Positions 1 to 12,780 of a stretch of DNA of 64,000 nucleotides are shown here, piece after piece; position 1 is the stretch's first letter, and the number at the start of each line of letters is the position of its first letter. A program made the position numbers and the translations under genes. The stretch is from Hemiscyllium ocellatum (Eukaryota). Location of the stretch: the NCBI RefSeq assembly GCF_020745735.1, contig NC_083413.1:70680001-70744000 (forward strand). Direction: 5' to 3'. The notes under the pieces were generated by a model that was given only the letters and a program-made list of their open reading frames with translations, did not search any database and was not told the DNA's origin.

Positions 1-1922
1 GAAAGTAGGAATATACTAAAGAGGGAAATCAGGAGGGCAAAATGGGGACATGAGATAGCTTTGGCAAATAGAATTAAGGAGAATCCAAAGGGTTCTTAAG
101 ACAAATATATTAAGGACAAATGGGTAATTAGGGAGAGAATAGGGCCCCTCAAAGATCAGCAGGGCGGCCTATGTGTGGAGCCACAGAAAATGGGGGAGAT
201 ACTCAATGAATATTTGGCATCAGTATTCACTGTGGAAAAGGATATGGAAGATATAGACTGTATGGAAATAGATGGTGACATCTTGCAAAATGTCCACATC
301 AGAGAGGAGGAAGTGCTGGATGTCTTGCAACGGTTAAAAGTGGATAAATCTCCAGGACTTGATCAGGTGTACCCGAGAACTCTGTGGGAAGCTAGAGAAG
401 TGATTGCTGGGCCGCTTGCTGAGATATTTGTATCATCAATAGTCACAGGTGAGGTGCCAGAAGATTGGAGGTTGGCAAACGTGGTGCCACTGTTTAAGAA
501 GGGCGGTAAGGACAAGCCAGGGAACTATAGACTGGTGAGCCTGACCTCAGTGGTGGGCAAGTTGTTGGAGGGAATCCTGAGGGGCAGGATGTACATGTAT
601 TTGGAAAGGCAAGGACTGATTAGGGATAGTCAACATGGCTTTGTGCATGGGAAATCATGTCTCATAAACTTGATTGACTTTTTTGAAGAAGTAACATCGA
701 AGATATACAAGGGCAGAGCAGTAGATGTGATCTATATGGACTTCAGTAAGGCATTCGACAAGGTTTCCCATGGGAGACTGATTAGCAAGGTTAGATCTCA
801 TGGAATACAGGGAGAACTAGCCATTTGGATACAGAACTGGCTCAAAGGTAGAAGACAGAGGGTGGTAGTGGACGGTTGTGTTTCAGACTAGAAGCCTGTG
901 AGCAATGGAGTGCCACAAGGATCAGTGCTGGGCCCTCTTCTTTTTGTCATTTACATAAATAATTTGGATGCGAGCATAAGAGATCCAGTTAGTAAGTTTG
1001 CAGATGACACCAAAATTGGAGGTGTAGTGGACAGCAAAGTGGGTTACCTCAGATTACAACAGGATCTTGACCAGATGGGCCAATGGGCTGAGAAATGGTA
1101 GATAGATTTTATTTCAGATAAATGCAAGGTGCTGCATTTTGCGAAAGCAAATCTTAACAGGACTTATACACTTTATAGTAAGTTCCTCGGGAGTGTTGCT
1201 GAACAAAGAGACCTTGAAGTGCAGGTTCATAGCTCCTTGAAAGTGTAGTCACAGGTAGATAGGATAGTGAAGAAGGCATTTGGTATGCTTTCTGTTATTG
1301 GTCAGAGTCTTGAGTACAGGAGTTGGGAGGTCATGGTGTGGCTGTACAGGACATTGGTTAGGCCACTTTTGGAATATTGCATGTAATTCTGGTCTCCTTC
1401 CTCTCGGAAAGATGTTGTGAAACTTGAAAGGGTTCAGAAAAGATTTACAAGGATGTTGCCAGGGTTGGAGGATCTGAGCTACAGGGAGATGCTGAACAGG
1501 CTGGGGCTGTTTTCCCTGGAGCGTTGGAGGCTGAGGGGTGACCTTATAGAGGTTTACAAAATTATGAGGGGCATGGATAGGATAAATAGACAAAGTCTTT
1601 TCCCTGGGGTGGGGGAGTCCAGAACTAGAGGGTATAAGTTTAGGATGAGAGGAGAAAGATATAAAAGAGACCTAAGGGACAACTTTTTCACGCAGAGTGT
1701 GGTACGTGTATGGAATGAGCTGCCAGAGGATGTGGTGGAGGTTGGTTCAATTGCAACATTTAAGAGGCATTTGGATAGGTATATGAATAGGAAGGGTGAG
1801 GAGGGTTATGGGCTGGGTGCTGGGAGGTGGGACTAGATTAGGTTGGGATATCTGGTCTGCATGGATGGGTTGGACCGAAGGGTCTGTTTCCATACTGTAC
1901 ATCTCTATGATCTTTGACTCTA
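1..1922 (+). mobile_element. CR1-clade (HER1-like) LINE, decayed ORF2 RT region plus 3'UTR; continues upstream of the window
   Basis: ORFs 175-891, 898-1101 and 1417-1836 give KSPGLD, PEDWRLANVVPLFKKG, QHGF, DFSKAFDKV, GVPQGSVLGP, FADDTK and RRLRGDLIEVYKIM-like motifs, broken by stops; 3' end ggaccgaagggtctgtttcc followed by a (ctctatga)-like tail. Confidence 0.95.
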
Positions 1923-3324
1923 CCAGAGGACTGGAGGATTGCAAATGTTGTGCCCTTGTTGAGGAAGGGCAGTAGAGATGACCCAGGTAATTATTGCCCA
2001 GTGAGCCTTACTTCTGTTGTAGAAAGGTTTTGGAAAGGATTATAAGAGATAAGATTTATAATCATCTAGCAAGCAACAACTTGATTTCAGATAGTCAATA
2101 TGGTTTCGTCAAGGGCAGGTCGTGTCTCACAAACCTGATTGAGTTTTTTGAGAAGGTGACCAAGCATGTGGATGAGGGTAAGGCAGTTGATGTGGTATAC
2201 ATGGACTTCAGTAAAGCCTTTGATAAGGTTCCACATGGTGGGCTGTTGGAGAAAAACAGAGGCGCGGGATTGAGGGTGATTTAGCAGTTTTGATTAGAAA
2301 CTGGCTTTCTGAAAGAAGGCAGCGAGTGGTGGTTGATGGAAAATATTCAGCCTGGAGTCCAGTTATTAGTGGTGTGCCACAAGGATCTGTTTTGGGACCA
2401 CTGCTGTTTGTCAGTTTTATAAATGACTTAGATGCAGGCATTGGTGGATGGATTAGTAAATTTACAGACGACACTAAAGTCGGTGGAGTAGTGGACAGTT
2501 TGGAAGAATGTTACAGGTTGCAGGGGGACTTGGATAAACTGCAGAATTGGGCTGAGAGGTGGCAAATGGAGTTCAATGCAACTAAATGTGAGGTGATGCA
2601 CTTTAGAAAGGATAACTGGAAGGCAGAGTACTGGGTCAATGGAAAGATTCTTGGTCGCGTGGATGTGCAGAGGGATGTACATAGATCCCTGAAAGTTGTC
2701 ACCCAGGTTGATAGTGCTGTTAAGAAGGCATACAATGAATTAGGTTTCATTGGTAGAGGGACTGAGTTCCAGAGTTGCAGTATTATGCTGCAACTATACA
2801 AAATGCTAATGCGGCCACACTTGGAATATTGTGTACAGTTCTAGTCGCTATATTTGGGAAGGATGTGGAAGCATTGGAAAAGGTGCAGAGGAAATTTACC
2901 AGGATGTTGCCTGGTCTGGAGGGAAGATCTTAAGAGGAACGGCTGAGTGACTTGGGTCTGTTCTCATTGGAAACAAGAAGTTAAGTAGAGATTTGATAGA
3001 GACATACAAGATGATCAGAGGATTAGATAGGGTAGGATGATGCCGTCAGCTTGTACAAGGGGGCATAACTACAAATTGAGGGGTGATAGATTTAAGACAG
3101 ATGTCAGAGGCAGGTTCTTTACTCAGAGAGTGGCAAAGGCGTGGAATGCCCCACCTGCCAATATAGTTAACTCAGCCACATTAGGGAGATTTAAACAATT
3201 TTTGGCTAAGCACATGGATGATGATGGGATAGTGTAGGGGGACGAGCTGAGAATAGTTCACAGGTTGGTGCAACATCGAGGGCCGAAGGGCCTTTTCTGA
3301 ACTGTATTGTTCTATGTACTATAA
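1921..3324 (+). mobile_element. CR1-clade LINE, second subfamily, RT to 3' tail
   Basis: Starts at PEDWRIANVVPL; ORFs 1994-2284 and 2290-2844 (GVPQGSVLGP, FTDDTK) and 3037-3237; ends ggccgaagggcc...ctgtattgttctatgtactata. Confidence 0.93.
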
Positions 3325-3561
3325 CTGCTGGGATAGGGAAAGTTAAAATCTTGATGTAATTCCACCGTTTATAATAGACAACATGATGACCAACCAGTTC
3401 TGTTTAAGAAGTCATTTTCATGAAAGTTATCCTCCTGTTGTATAATGGAAACATGACATGTACAATGTGCTTTGGAGCTGAGGTGCAGATGCAGGTGTGA
3501 TATACATTTGTGGGAGTGAGGTTAGAAGTTAATTCTGTAAAGAAAGTAGAAATGAAAATAC

Positions 3562-5033
3562 AGGTGAAGTGCTGGAGTACTGGAGGGTTGCTTATGTTGT
3601 CCCCCTGTACAAGAAAGGTAGTAGGAATATTCCGGGCAACTACGGATCAGTGAGCTGGACGTCAGTGGTGGGGAAGTTGCTGGAGAAGCTATTGAGGGAT
3701 AGGATCTATTTATATTTAGAAAAGAATGGGCTTATCAGTGATAGGCAGCATGGTTTTGTGCAGGGGAGATCCTGCCTTACCAACTTAATAGAGTACTTCG
3801 AGGGAGTGACCAAGTTGATAGATGAAGGAAGGGCTGTTGATATCATATACATTGACTTTAGTAAGGTTCCCCATGGTAGACTAATGGAGAAAGTGAGGTC
3901 CTATGATGTGTAGGGTGTTCTAGCTAGGTGGACAAAGAACTGTTTGAGCAATAGGAGACAGAGAGTAGTAGTTGAAGGGAATTTCTCGAAATGGAGAAAG
4001 GTGACCAGTGGTGTTCCACGGGGGTCAGTGTTGGGGTCACTGTTGTTTGTAATATACATAAATGATCTGGAAGAGGGCATTTTGGTATGATCAGCAAATT
4101 TGCAGATGACATGAAGATTGGTGGGGTAGCAGAAAGCATAAGGGGCTGTCAGAGAATACAGGAGGACATAGATAGATTGGAGAGTTGGGCAGTAAGTGGC
4201 AGATGGATTTCAATCCAGACAAATGAGAGGTGATGCATTTAGGCAAGACTAATTCTAGAGCGACTTATGCAATGAACGGAAGAGCCTTGGGAAAAGTTGA
4301 TAGGCAGAGAGACTTGGGAGTGCAGGTCCATTGTACCCTGAAGAATGCAGCACAGGTGGATAGAGTGGTCAATAAGGCATACAGTAAGCTTGCCTTCATT
4401 GTACAGGGTGTTGAGTATAAGAGCTGGCAAGTCATGTTAAAATTGTACAAGACATTGGTTCGGCCACATTTAGAATACTGTGTATAGTTCTGGTCACCAC
4501 ATTACCAAAAGGATGTGGATGCTTTGGAGAGAGTGCAGAGAAGATTTACGAGGATGTTGCCTGGAATGGAAGGTGCTATCTGTGAAGAGAGGTTGAGTAG
4601 GTTAGGTTTATTTTCACTTGAAAAAAGGAGATTGAGGGGGGACCTGATTGAGGTTTATAAAATCATGAAGGGTGTAGACAGGGTGGGTAGAAACAAGCTT
4701 TTTCCCAGGGTGAAGGATTCAATAATGAGAGGTCGCGCTTTCGAGATGAGAGGTGGAAAGTTTAAGGGGGATACACGCGGCAAGTACTTCACCCAGAATA
4801 TGATGGGCATTTGGAATGCATTGCCAGCAGAGGTAGTAGAGTCAGGCACGGTAGATTCATTTAAGATGCAGATGCGTCTAGATAAATGCATGAGTAGGTG
4901 GGGAGTAGAGGGATACAGATGCTCAGGAATTGACCGACAGGTTTCGACAGTACATTTGGATCGGCTCAGGCTTGGAGGGCTGAAGGGCTTGTTCCTGGGC
5001 TGTAAACTTCCTTTGTTCTTTGTTCTTTTCTTT
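3562..5033 (+). mobile_element. CR1-clade LINE, third subfamily, 5'-truncated
   Basis: Starts at GEVLEYWRVAYVVPLYKKG; ORFs 3569-3913, 4230-4487 and 4515-5108; tail (ctttgtt)2 at about 5011-5028. Confidence 0.93.
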
Positions 5034-6489
5034 GAAACAGAAGTCAGCTTGGAAGTAAGATTGAAAGTTACATCACCTGTGAACAATTCTTGGAATTCCA
5101 AAGACTAAGATATTGCCAAATGGATTAATTAGAAGAATCGCTAGTGTCAACATTTCTTAACCAATATAAGCAGCTTCAGGGGATACTGAGACATATTGAG
5201 TTAAACATTATGTAGTGTGTGTCTTCTCAGTTACAACTGATGAGCATAATCTAATGGATTTTGCTGAATGATAATAGGAAGTTGATGAGAAATTTTGTGG
5301 AATCGTAGATACATAAAGCACTGAAGGGGACCATTTGACCGAGCATTCCCGTGTTAGCTATAATTTGACTCCATGCTCCCTTTTCACTTCTGGCGCTGCA
5401 GGTTTTTCTTTCTCAAATTAGTACCCAATGCAATCTTGAAAATTACCATTGAACCTGTTTGGAATGCTACTCACAGCTGGTTTTATCCAGATCAGAGTTA
5501 AATTTTAATTCTAACAGATTTTTCATGTTGGAGATTACAACTGTGAGAGATAATTAACAAAAACATTTTTAGCTAAAATTAAGCTCATGAAAAAATACTT
5601 TGATTTATTACTAATCCTGTTGGATGAGAATATCAAAGTAATTTTGAATAAAGTCACATTTTAAAAAAAAAACCTTCAAGTAGATAATGAAGTACTGTCT
5701 AGTGAAATTGAGTGGTCTCCTGAGTTTGCTGCTACCAGCATGTTATCTCGTTTAAATTAGTTGGCAGAGCCCTAATTGATGAACATGTACCATCACAGAA
5801 CAAAGCTCTGAAATGCAGATCTTTCCTGGAGGAGGAAAATAAATATCACAACATGCCAAAGAAATAGTTGATTTCTCTCTCCCAGGAAAGCCTTTGAATA
5901 AATTCTTAATGTTGGGATGCTTGGTGAACTGTGCAAAACACAAGTTAACTTTCCATCAGCAGTTAATTCCTGAGGATGGGGATCTTCATATTTGTTAGAG
6001 AGTCTTTATTGAAAAGCCTTAGTGATCCGAGTGCTGTGGGGCTTCCGAGAGCCTTAAGGCTATTTGCCTTTGAGCTCCTCTGAAAAGCATGTTACAGCCT
6101 CTCCAATCTCTTGAGTAAGGAGATCATTTATAGACTGCGGTGAGTTGATGACGGTTTATGTTCTGATATGGGTGTATTGAACTCTTGCAATCAAAGGCAA
6201 ATCCAGGCCAGGTCTAGCAACAAACTGGGAATTTTCAGAAGTGTAGGCAGGAAATGTTAATGAGTACACATATTCCTTCTGAACATTATCCCTTCACTCT
6301 GCTGCACAATAGCATACAGATCATGGTAAAGATTGCCATGGGAACTGTTGATTTTAATAGTGATACAATCTTCTTTATTTTTACTTTTTCTTGTGAATTA
6401 TTCCATTTTTTTCTGGTTCCCTGTTACCTCATGGAAGGGATTACGGCATACATTAAGATAAAAAACTGGCATTTGTGTGCTACCTTATC

Positions 6490-7260
6490 ACATCTCTCAG
6501 AAATGTCCCTAAATGCTTTCCTATAATAAATCACTCTCAAATGCTGTCACTGTGTTTTTTTTAGGCACAGTGATAATTTCTGCATCAAGGTCCCACAAAG
6601 GTGAATGACCAGATTCGTACATTTTGGTTGGTGATGTTAAAAAAGAACAGGAGGATACAGTACTCTCAATCAGAAACGTTGTCCTTCATTCACATCTCAG
6701 CTGAAGCACACCAGTCTGGCAATACATACACATAAAAGCTGATCGCTCAAATGCTTCATACTGTTCTTCTACTTAGTTTGATTATTGTTAATCTCACCTC
6801 ACCGCCCTTCAACTGCCTAGGCTTCATAAATTTTAATATCCTTGTCAATGGCTCAATGGTGAGCACTGCTGCCTCACAGTGTTCAGGGTCACAGGTTTGA
6901 TTCCAGGCTTGGGTGATTGCCTGTGTGGAAGCTTGCACATTCTCCCCATATCTGCATGGGTTTCCTTCACACAGCCCAAAGATGTGGGAGGTTAGGTGGA
7001 TTGGCCATGTTGAAATCACCCAGTATGTCTGTGAATGTACAGGCCAGGTGGATTAACCATGGGAAACATAAGGGAAGGAGGAGTGGGATGCTCTTTGGAG
7101 GGTCAGTGTGGACTTGATTGGCCTGCTACCAAACTGTCAGGATTCTATGAAATGTAATTCTTTCTGATATTCAGAAGTCTCAGCTCAAATAATTAAATGT
7201 AGAGTAGGGTTGATTTCTCAGTTTTTGAATCATAAATGAGAGTACTATCAACGGAGCCAG
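6490..7260 (-). mobile_element. Old DeuSINE/SacSINE1-like SINE relic interrupted by an HE1-type SINE
   Basis: Decayed segments (aaatgtccctaaatgcttt, aaggtcccacaaa, aatgaccaga) resemble the Deu-domain SINE body; the tRNA-like head resumes after the insert (gagagtactatcaacggagcca). Recognised from memory of the family, highly diverged. Confidence 0.45.
6843..7150 (+). mobile_element. HE1-type SINE (diverged)
   Basis: A-box-like tggctcaatgg, agcactgctgcctcacag, B-box-like ggtttgattcc, core tgtggaagcttgcacattctcccc, tail gattctatga. Confidence 0.88.
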
Positions 7261-7364
7261 CCCTTTGTTGTTGCTCATACCCTTTATGCTATTTTTATAG
7301 GGTTTCTGAGGAAATCATATTTTGGAATGTAGCTTTAAATTTGAGGTAAAGATGATGGGAACTA

Positions 7365-8235
7365 TGTGACCTGTTATCAAGTCGATGCAGCTATAGGCTT
7401 GGGCAGTTCAGATGTCAAAAATCAAAACAAAGTTTGAATTATTTTGCTGGGAAGTAATTGCAAGAAATGTTTAGTTGGAAACAATGGCAGCAATTGGAAT
7501 TTACACTGGGAACATCCTGTTTCTCCCAAAATCCCAGCATGGATTTTAAATTGTCCATATACTTCTCAGGTAGAAAAGGGGGTTGGGATCAAAGATAGCT
7601 CATTAACATTGCTACCTTGATGGAAGGTTTATGTTTCATATTGCCACGGAGAAGAGGGTAGAGCAAATTATCTTTGAGATCTGGTCACAAACTCCATAAC
7701 AAATCATTGAACATCACTGACTAACAGGTGAAGTTCTATTGGTGTCAGCAGTGGGAAAAGATTGCTTGGCTTTGAAAGTAACCAAGACAGAAGTAGGATG
7801 GAGAAGATCTCTACTGAAAGAGGTGCACCCTGCAGCTACCTAGACGCTGGAAAATTTCTCCTGGCAGAGCAAGGAGAAGTAAATAGTCACAACAGGCTTT
7901 CCTGACTGTGAATTTAAGAAACTCTGAAAACTGAGAAAATGGAGATAAACTCGTGAAGTTACCACTTGGTGAAGTCAAAGATTGGGGTAACTGTGGACTG
8001 TTTACTTAAACATTCTGTGGACAATGCAATGTTTGATAAGTAATAACGGGAATTTAATTTGCTGTAGTTGAAGTGGGCATACAAAATAATAAGTTTTGGA
8101 TTGCAGGGCTCTTTACTCATTTGTTATAATAAGTAGTTTAAAAGTGAAATCTGGCTGCGTAATTCTTTTCACTATTAACTGAAAGTTTGTATTTGCTTTC
8201 TTTTAAAATTTCTGATCTCTAAGTGATTGTAAAAA
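7365..8235 (+). mobile_element. Possible solo-LTR-like relic
   Basis: Starts with TG, ~870 bp, non-coding, AT-rich 3' part resembling LTR U5 regions; no TSD or terminal CA confirmed. Confidence 0.2.
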
Positions 8236-9187
8236 TATTTTGCAGCTCAGACAGTGGGAAGGAATGTATGAGTTGGAGGAAAACAGGCAGGTATTCTCCA
8301 CAAGAGAAGTACATGCTGGTTACTCCTGCTACACAAATGCATCTCATGTTTTTTTTACTTGGAGTTCCAGCAAAGCTTTACTGGGTCCCAGAAGAACCAG
8401 ATACTGGGCAAAGTGAAACTCAGACTATCCACAACATGTTATTTCCACATAATACGGCATATCTCTATACCTTACAGCACTTCTGATCTATAATGTCACA
8501 CCACGCAGACATACCGAAAGACTGATGTGACATTTCTACAAATCCTTTTTAAAAGAACCTGTTATTTTTCAAAGGCACTCTCAAATCATGTTAGTCCTTA
8601 GAAAGGTTATTCTTTTTAACTTTGCAAATCCTGTTCAATCTTCAAATTCTGACTTTTTATTTGCTTGTTCCTGGGATGTGTGAGTATATTTTGCCCATTC
8701 CTCATTGCCCCAAGCATGTTAAAAGTGAACACAAAATGTGAATTGAGGTCACATACAAGGGGAAACCTTACGTGCTTGAGAGACAGGTTCCATTTTTTGA
8801 GGGACATAACTATGACATTTTGGCGTTTACAACACAGAGGTAGTTAATAATGTCCCAGTTTAGTTCAGTAAGATTTAAATTCATGATCTTTAAGTTGACA
8901 GCCCAGTGCCCCAACCCTCCCATCAGGCAACTCTGTGAAATGAAGCTGTTCTGCTTGTGCTCCCTGGTCTAGTGAGTTTTCTTCCTGCTTTGAAAGGAAT
9001 ATTACATGCATGAGTGTATTTACTATACTGCAACACATTAGTCAAATGCAATCTAGAGCCTCAGCTCACTCACAAGGAAATTGTGAAAATGCTGTGGCTT
9101 GAAGAGATTATTTTGTCTTTTTTTTTAAGAGTGTTTTTAAGACAGATGGACACCATGAAAAAAGAGTAAAGTAAACAGCTGTTGAGA

Positions 9188-9409
9188 TGTGGAGTTTGCA
9201 CGTTCTCCCCGTGTTTGCGTGGGTTTCCTCCGGGTGCTCCGGTTTCCTCCCACAGTCCAAAGATGTGCGGGTCAGGTGAATTGGCCATGTTAAATTGCCC
9301 GTAGTATTAGGTAAGGGGTAAATGCAGGGTATGGGTGGGTTGCGCTTCGGCGGGTCGGTGTGGACTTGTTGGGCTGAAGGGCCTGTTTCCACACTGTAAG
9401 TAATCTAAA
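9188..9409 (+). mobile_element. HE1-type SINE, 5'-truncated
   Basis: Near-identical to the core and 3' part of the copy at 50798; tail gtaagtaatctaaat. Confidence 0.92.
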
Positions 9410-9613
9410 TGTGGTGCTGGAAAAACACAGCCGGTCAAGCAGCATCCCAGGAGCAGGAGAATCGATGTTTTGGGCATAAGCCCTTCCTGATGAAGGACTT
9501 ATGCCTGAAATGTCGATTCTCCAGCTCCTCAGATGCTGCCTGACCAGCTGTGCTTTTCCAGCACCACACCCTCAACTCTGATCTCCAGCATCTGCAGTCC
9601 TCACTTTCTCCTA
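9410..9613 (+). mobile_element. Penelope terminal-repeat (pLTR/MER6-like) palindrome with a decayed hammerhead motif
   Basis: Inverted arms 9410-9486 and 9492-9568; CTGATGA at 9487-9493, GAAA at 9507-9510; the 3' end tctgcagtcctcactttctcc matches the terminus of the GIY-YIG element at 31756. Confidence 0.85.
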
Positions 9614-10086
9614 AAGTAAATAGGTGTAAGGCCTTGGGTCTTTTCTAAAGTTGGAACAATAGAAGCAGCCTAGATGAGCTGGTCAGCTCACACAGACTAG
9701 GATTTCTAGGTATTTTTCCAGATTTTAGGCTTAACTTTAGGCAATTGCTGTTGTGGGCTTGAAGAAGTAGAAGCCATTTTTTAAATTCTCGCCCCGTTAC
9801 AGCTAGGAGTTGGGGTTCCTCTTCCCACTGCTGGGTTGTGTGTAAGAAAATCCGTTTTCTGAATGTGCCTTTTGACAAGGAGTGAGTTTATGGTATGTTA
9901 TTATGTTGGAACAGTTAATTCATAATCATTACTGTATCTGCTATTCTAAATTTTCAAATAGAGTTATTATAAATTTGTCTGCCTTTTGTTGTATTTTAAT
10001 GATTGTGTTACATAAATTGTGTTTTGCTTAAAGTTGAGTTGTTTGACTCATCGAATTTCATCTGGAACATAGCCTTGAAAATAAGA

Positions 10087-10220
10087 AAACATTCTCAGCA
10101 AGGGTGACCGGACCCAAAGCATTAACTCTGATTTCTCTTCATAGATGCTGCCAGATCTGCTGAGCTTCTCCGGAAACTTCTGTTTTGGTTTCTGAGTTAC
10201 AGCATCCGCAGTTCTTCTGG
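10087..10220 (+). mobile_element. Penelope-type terminal repeat relic (second family)
   Basis: aagggtgaccggacccaaagcattaactctg...agatgctgccagatctgctgag...cagcatccgcagt has the same layout as the other pLTR tails; hammerhead core degenerate. Confidence 0.6.
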
Positions 10221-10733
10221 GAATGTCAGGGTCCAGGCTACCTTCTGAAAATATTTTGAAGGGGTCTGGTCTCTTCTGGCCCATGGCAATGTTACAAGAC
10301 CTGATGCACACCACAGAGTGTGGAACTTTGTTTATGCAAACTATTTTGATCAGAAACACCTGCGTGGGCATGTGCCACTCTATTTAGGTATGGTGATGTG
10401 AGTGAAGCCAGTACATCTTGGCACTGAACACTTCTCGCAAAATGATAATCGAGAATCTAATGGTGCTGAACATCTCCAATATGGTGTAAAGAGCTAATTG
10501 ATTATCACTGGATCATTGTCACAGAGGGTGAAAAAAATCCACATTGCTGGGGAGTTTCCTTCAATCCAGAAAAAGCTAACTATCTGTTCAAAAGGCCAAA
10601 GGAGGCAAATTGACAACTGACTGCCCTAACTCAACCTTGATCAAATGCATCATCAAAACACAATGTAAAAAATTCATCTGTTTCAAAATTCCACTATGTG
10701 TAATATCTTCCACGGGTGAGGGTGAAGGATGTA

Positions 10734-11403
10734 ATGCAGAATTTCAAGTTGCTGATAAGGTCTGATCTGCTGGCTGAAGGACCACTGTGAGGCCCCCTCC
10801 TTTGCTGGGGAAGGCCAGTTAGGGGTAATGAGCTGATCTGCCACTTAAATGGATATCGTAACCTGGGGATGAAGACCCCAAATTATGAAATCTTACTTAC
10901 TCCCCGCCACACTCACAACCCCACCCCCGCCCCCAGCCAAGATGCATTAACCAATCAATGAATGACCTCAGGTCAAAGGTAAGTTAGGAGCAGGCTGAAG
11001 TTCAAGGACTGGAGGTCATGGAAGAGGAGGTTGAAGGGATAGTAGAAGCAATGGCAAAAGGGTGAGATCCAATGTCGCCCCTGCCCTCTTGATGTCAATG
11101 ATAATTATCCACTCCTGTCCTATTGACTGAGGACATATATGGAAGCCTGCATCAAATCAAACGTGGCTTGCTTTGTGGAATTCCTGGCCAGGCAACTGTT
11201 CCTGCCTGCTGCTGGTTGAATACCAGTAAGGGCAGGATAAGAAGCTTAAGTGGGCATTAATTGGCCATTTAGGAGCCTCAGTTACTAGTTGGTAGGGAAA
11301 GTCATCCATGAATCTCATCACATCAACCCATATGGGTCTATGCCAACCACCTTGCCATCTAATTAAAGGCCCCTGTCTCCAAATGCACCATTAAATTCTG
11401 CCC
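10734..11403. mobile_element. Non-autonomous DNA transposon (MITE), probably PIF/Harbinger-related
   Basis: Terminal inverted match gcagaattt (10736-10744) / aaattctgc (11393-11401) ending in ccc; GC-richer non-coding interior. Confidence 0.5.
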
Positions 11404-11524
11404 ATGTTACCAAATTGGTATAAAAGTAAACCACCAGGAATGCTGATCTGAAACAAAATGCAAAGTACTGAAAACACTTGTTATGATGGTAACCTTGACC
11501 TCAATCGTCCTTAATTCCTTAAAT

Positions 11525-11642
11525 AAAAGCAAAATACCACGAAAGCTGGGAATCTGAAACAAATGTTGAAGAAACTCAGCAGGTCTGCAGAGAAAGAAAC
11601 AGAGTTGACATTTTCAGTCTGATATGACTCTTCTTTAGAGCA
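11525..11642 (-). mobile_element. Penelope-type terminal repeat relic
   Basis: Reverse strand reads ctaaagaagagtcatatcagactgaaaatgtcaactctg...gacctgctgag, a decayed CTGANGA..GAAA pLTR layout; a related + strand piece lies at about 11850-11925. Confidence 0.55.
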
Positions 11643-11654
11643 GAACGTCACTGT

Positions 11655-11840
11655 CTTATTGGATTCATCACACGGAGTAGTTGATGCCAAAACATTGAAT
11701 GTATTCAAGAGATGGTTAGATATAGCACTTGGGGGGAATGGAATCAAAGGTTATGGGGAGAAAGCAAGATTAGGATATTGAGTTGTGGAACAGGCTCAAA
11801 GGACCGAATGGCCTCCTCTTCTCCAATATGTTTCTATGTT
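11655..11840 (+). mobile_element. CR1 3' terminal fragment
   Basis: gtagttgatgccaaaacattgaatgtattcaag...ggaccgaatggcctcctc...tatgtttctatg. Confidence 0.75.
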
Positions 11841-12369
11841 TCTAGGACACAAATCATTAACTCTGTTTTTCTGTCCACAGATGCTGCCAGACATGTGGAG
11901 TTTCTCCATCATGTTTTGTTTTTATTACCAAGTTGAAGTCTATTTTCTCTGCCAATTGAATTCATGAACAAAACTATAAGAAAATGGAACAGGAAAAGGC
12001 TAGTCCGATGCTCCAAGCTGTTCTGATATACTTTTACATCAAATCTACCTATCGTCCTATCCCCACAATTCTGGATGACCTGAGAGCCCAAAAATATATT
12101 GATCTCAGTCTTGAATATGCTTAATGATTGACCTGCACAACTCTCTAAAATAAAAAGGTTTAAAGATTTACGATCATCTATGTTGTATTTCGGTACTCAC
12201 TTCAGAACAGAAGGCCTATACCTTAGATATAGTAACAAGATTGTCACAATGTGTGATATTAATTTCAGTTTAATAGAGTCAGCATAATGAATCAGCTATG
12301 TCTATAATGTACAGTAATATCGATAAACCCTGAATCCATATGAATTACAAAAATCGTGCCTCTATGTTC

Positions 12370-12780
12370 AGTAGGGTAAAAAGAGGGCAACTGGAATGTT
12401 GGCCTTCATTTCAAAGAGAGTGGAATTTAAGATAGGCAGGTTTTGCTAAATCTATACAAACATTAGGCCACTGAGAATACTGTGAACAGTTTTGGTCCCT
12501 TTAACCAAGGAAAGACTATAGAGATTAGAAGCAGTTCAGAATAGGTCCACGGGATTTTTTTCTTAAACAGAGTTTGAGTGAGTTGGACCTGCAATCTTGG
12601 CTAGAAACGGCTATTTAGGCTGTAACATTAAATATGTTCGCATCTGAGATAGATTTTTAATCAAGGATTATGGGGATAAGGCAAAAAGTGGAATTGAGAT
12701 TTCTAAAATCTCATTGAATGATGGAGCAGACTTCTTAGGCAAATGACCTAAGTCTGTTCCTACGTCTTACTATCTTATTA
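12370..12780 (+). mobile_element. Old CR1 3' fragment
   Basis: Decayed LAFISKGVEF / EYCEQFWSP-like coding remnants followed by a CR1-type 3'UTR. Confidence 0.65.

Larger units (their letters stand above)
9080..10290 (+). mobile_element. Possible LTR-like relic hosting a SINE and two Penelope tails
   Basis: Non-coding sequence resumes on both sides of the inserts at 9188-9613 and 10087-10220; the end (ggggtctggtc...) resembles LTR termini; inferred only. Confidence 0.25.

Noticed and set aside
1249-5101. Minus-strand ORFs over the CR1 copies (e.g. 1249-1593, 4655-5101)
   Set aside because: They are antisense shadows of LINE ORF2 with no independent coding signal.
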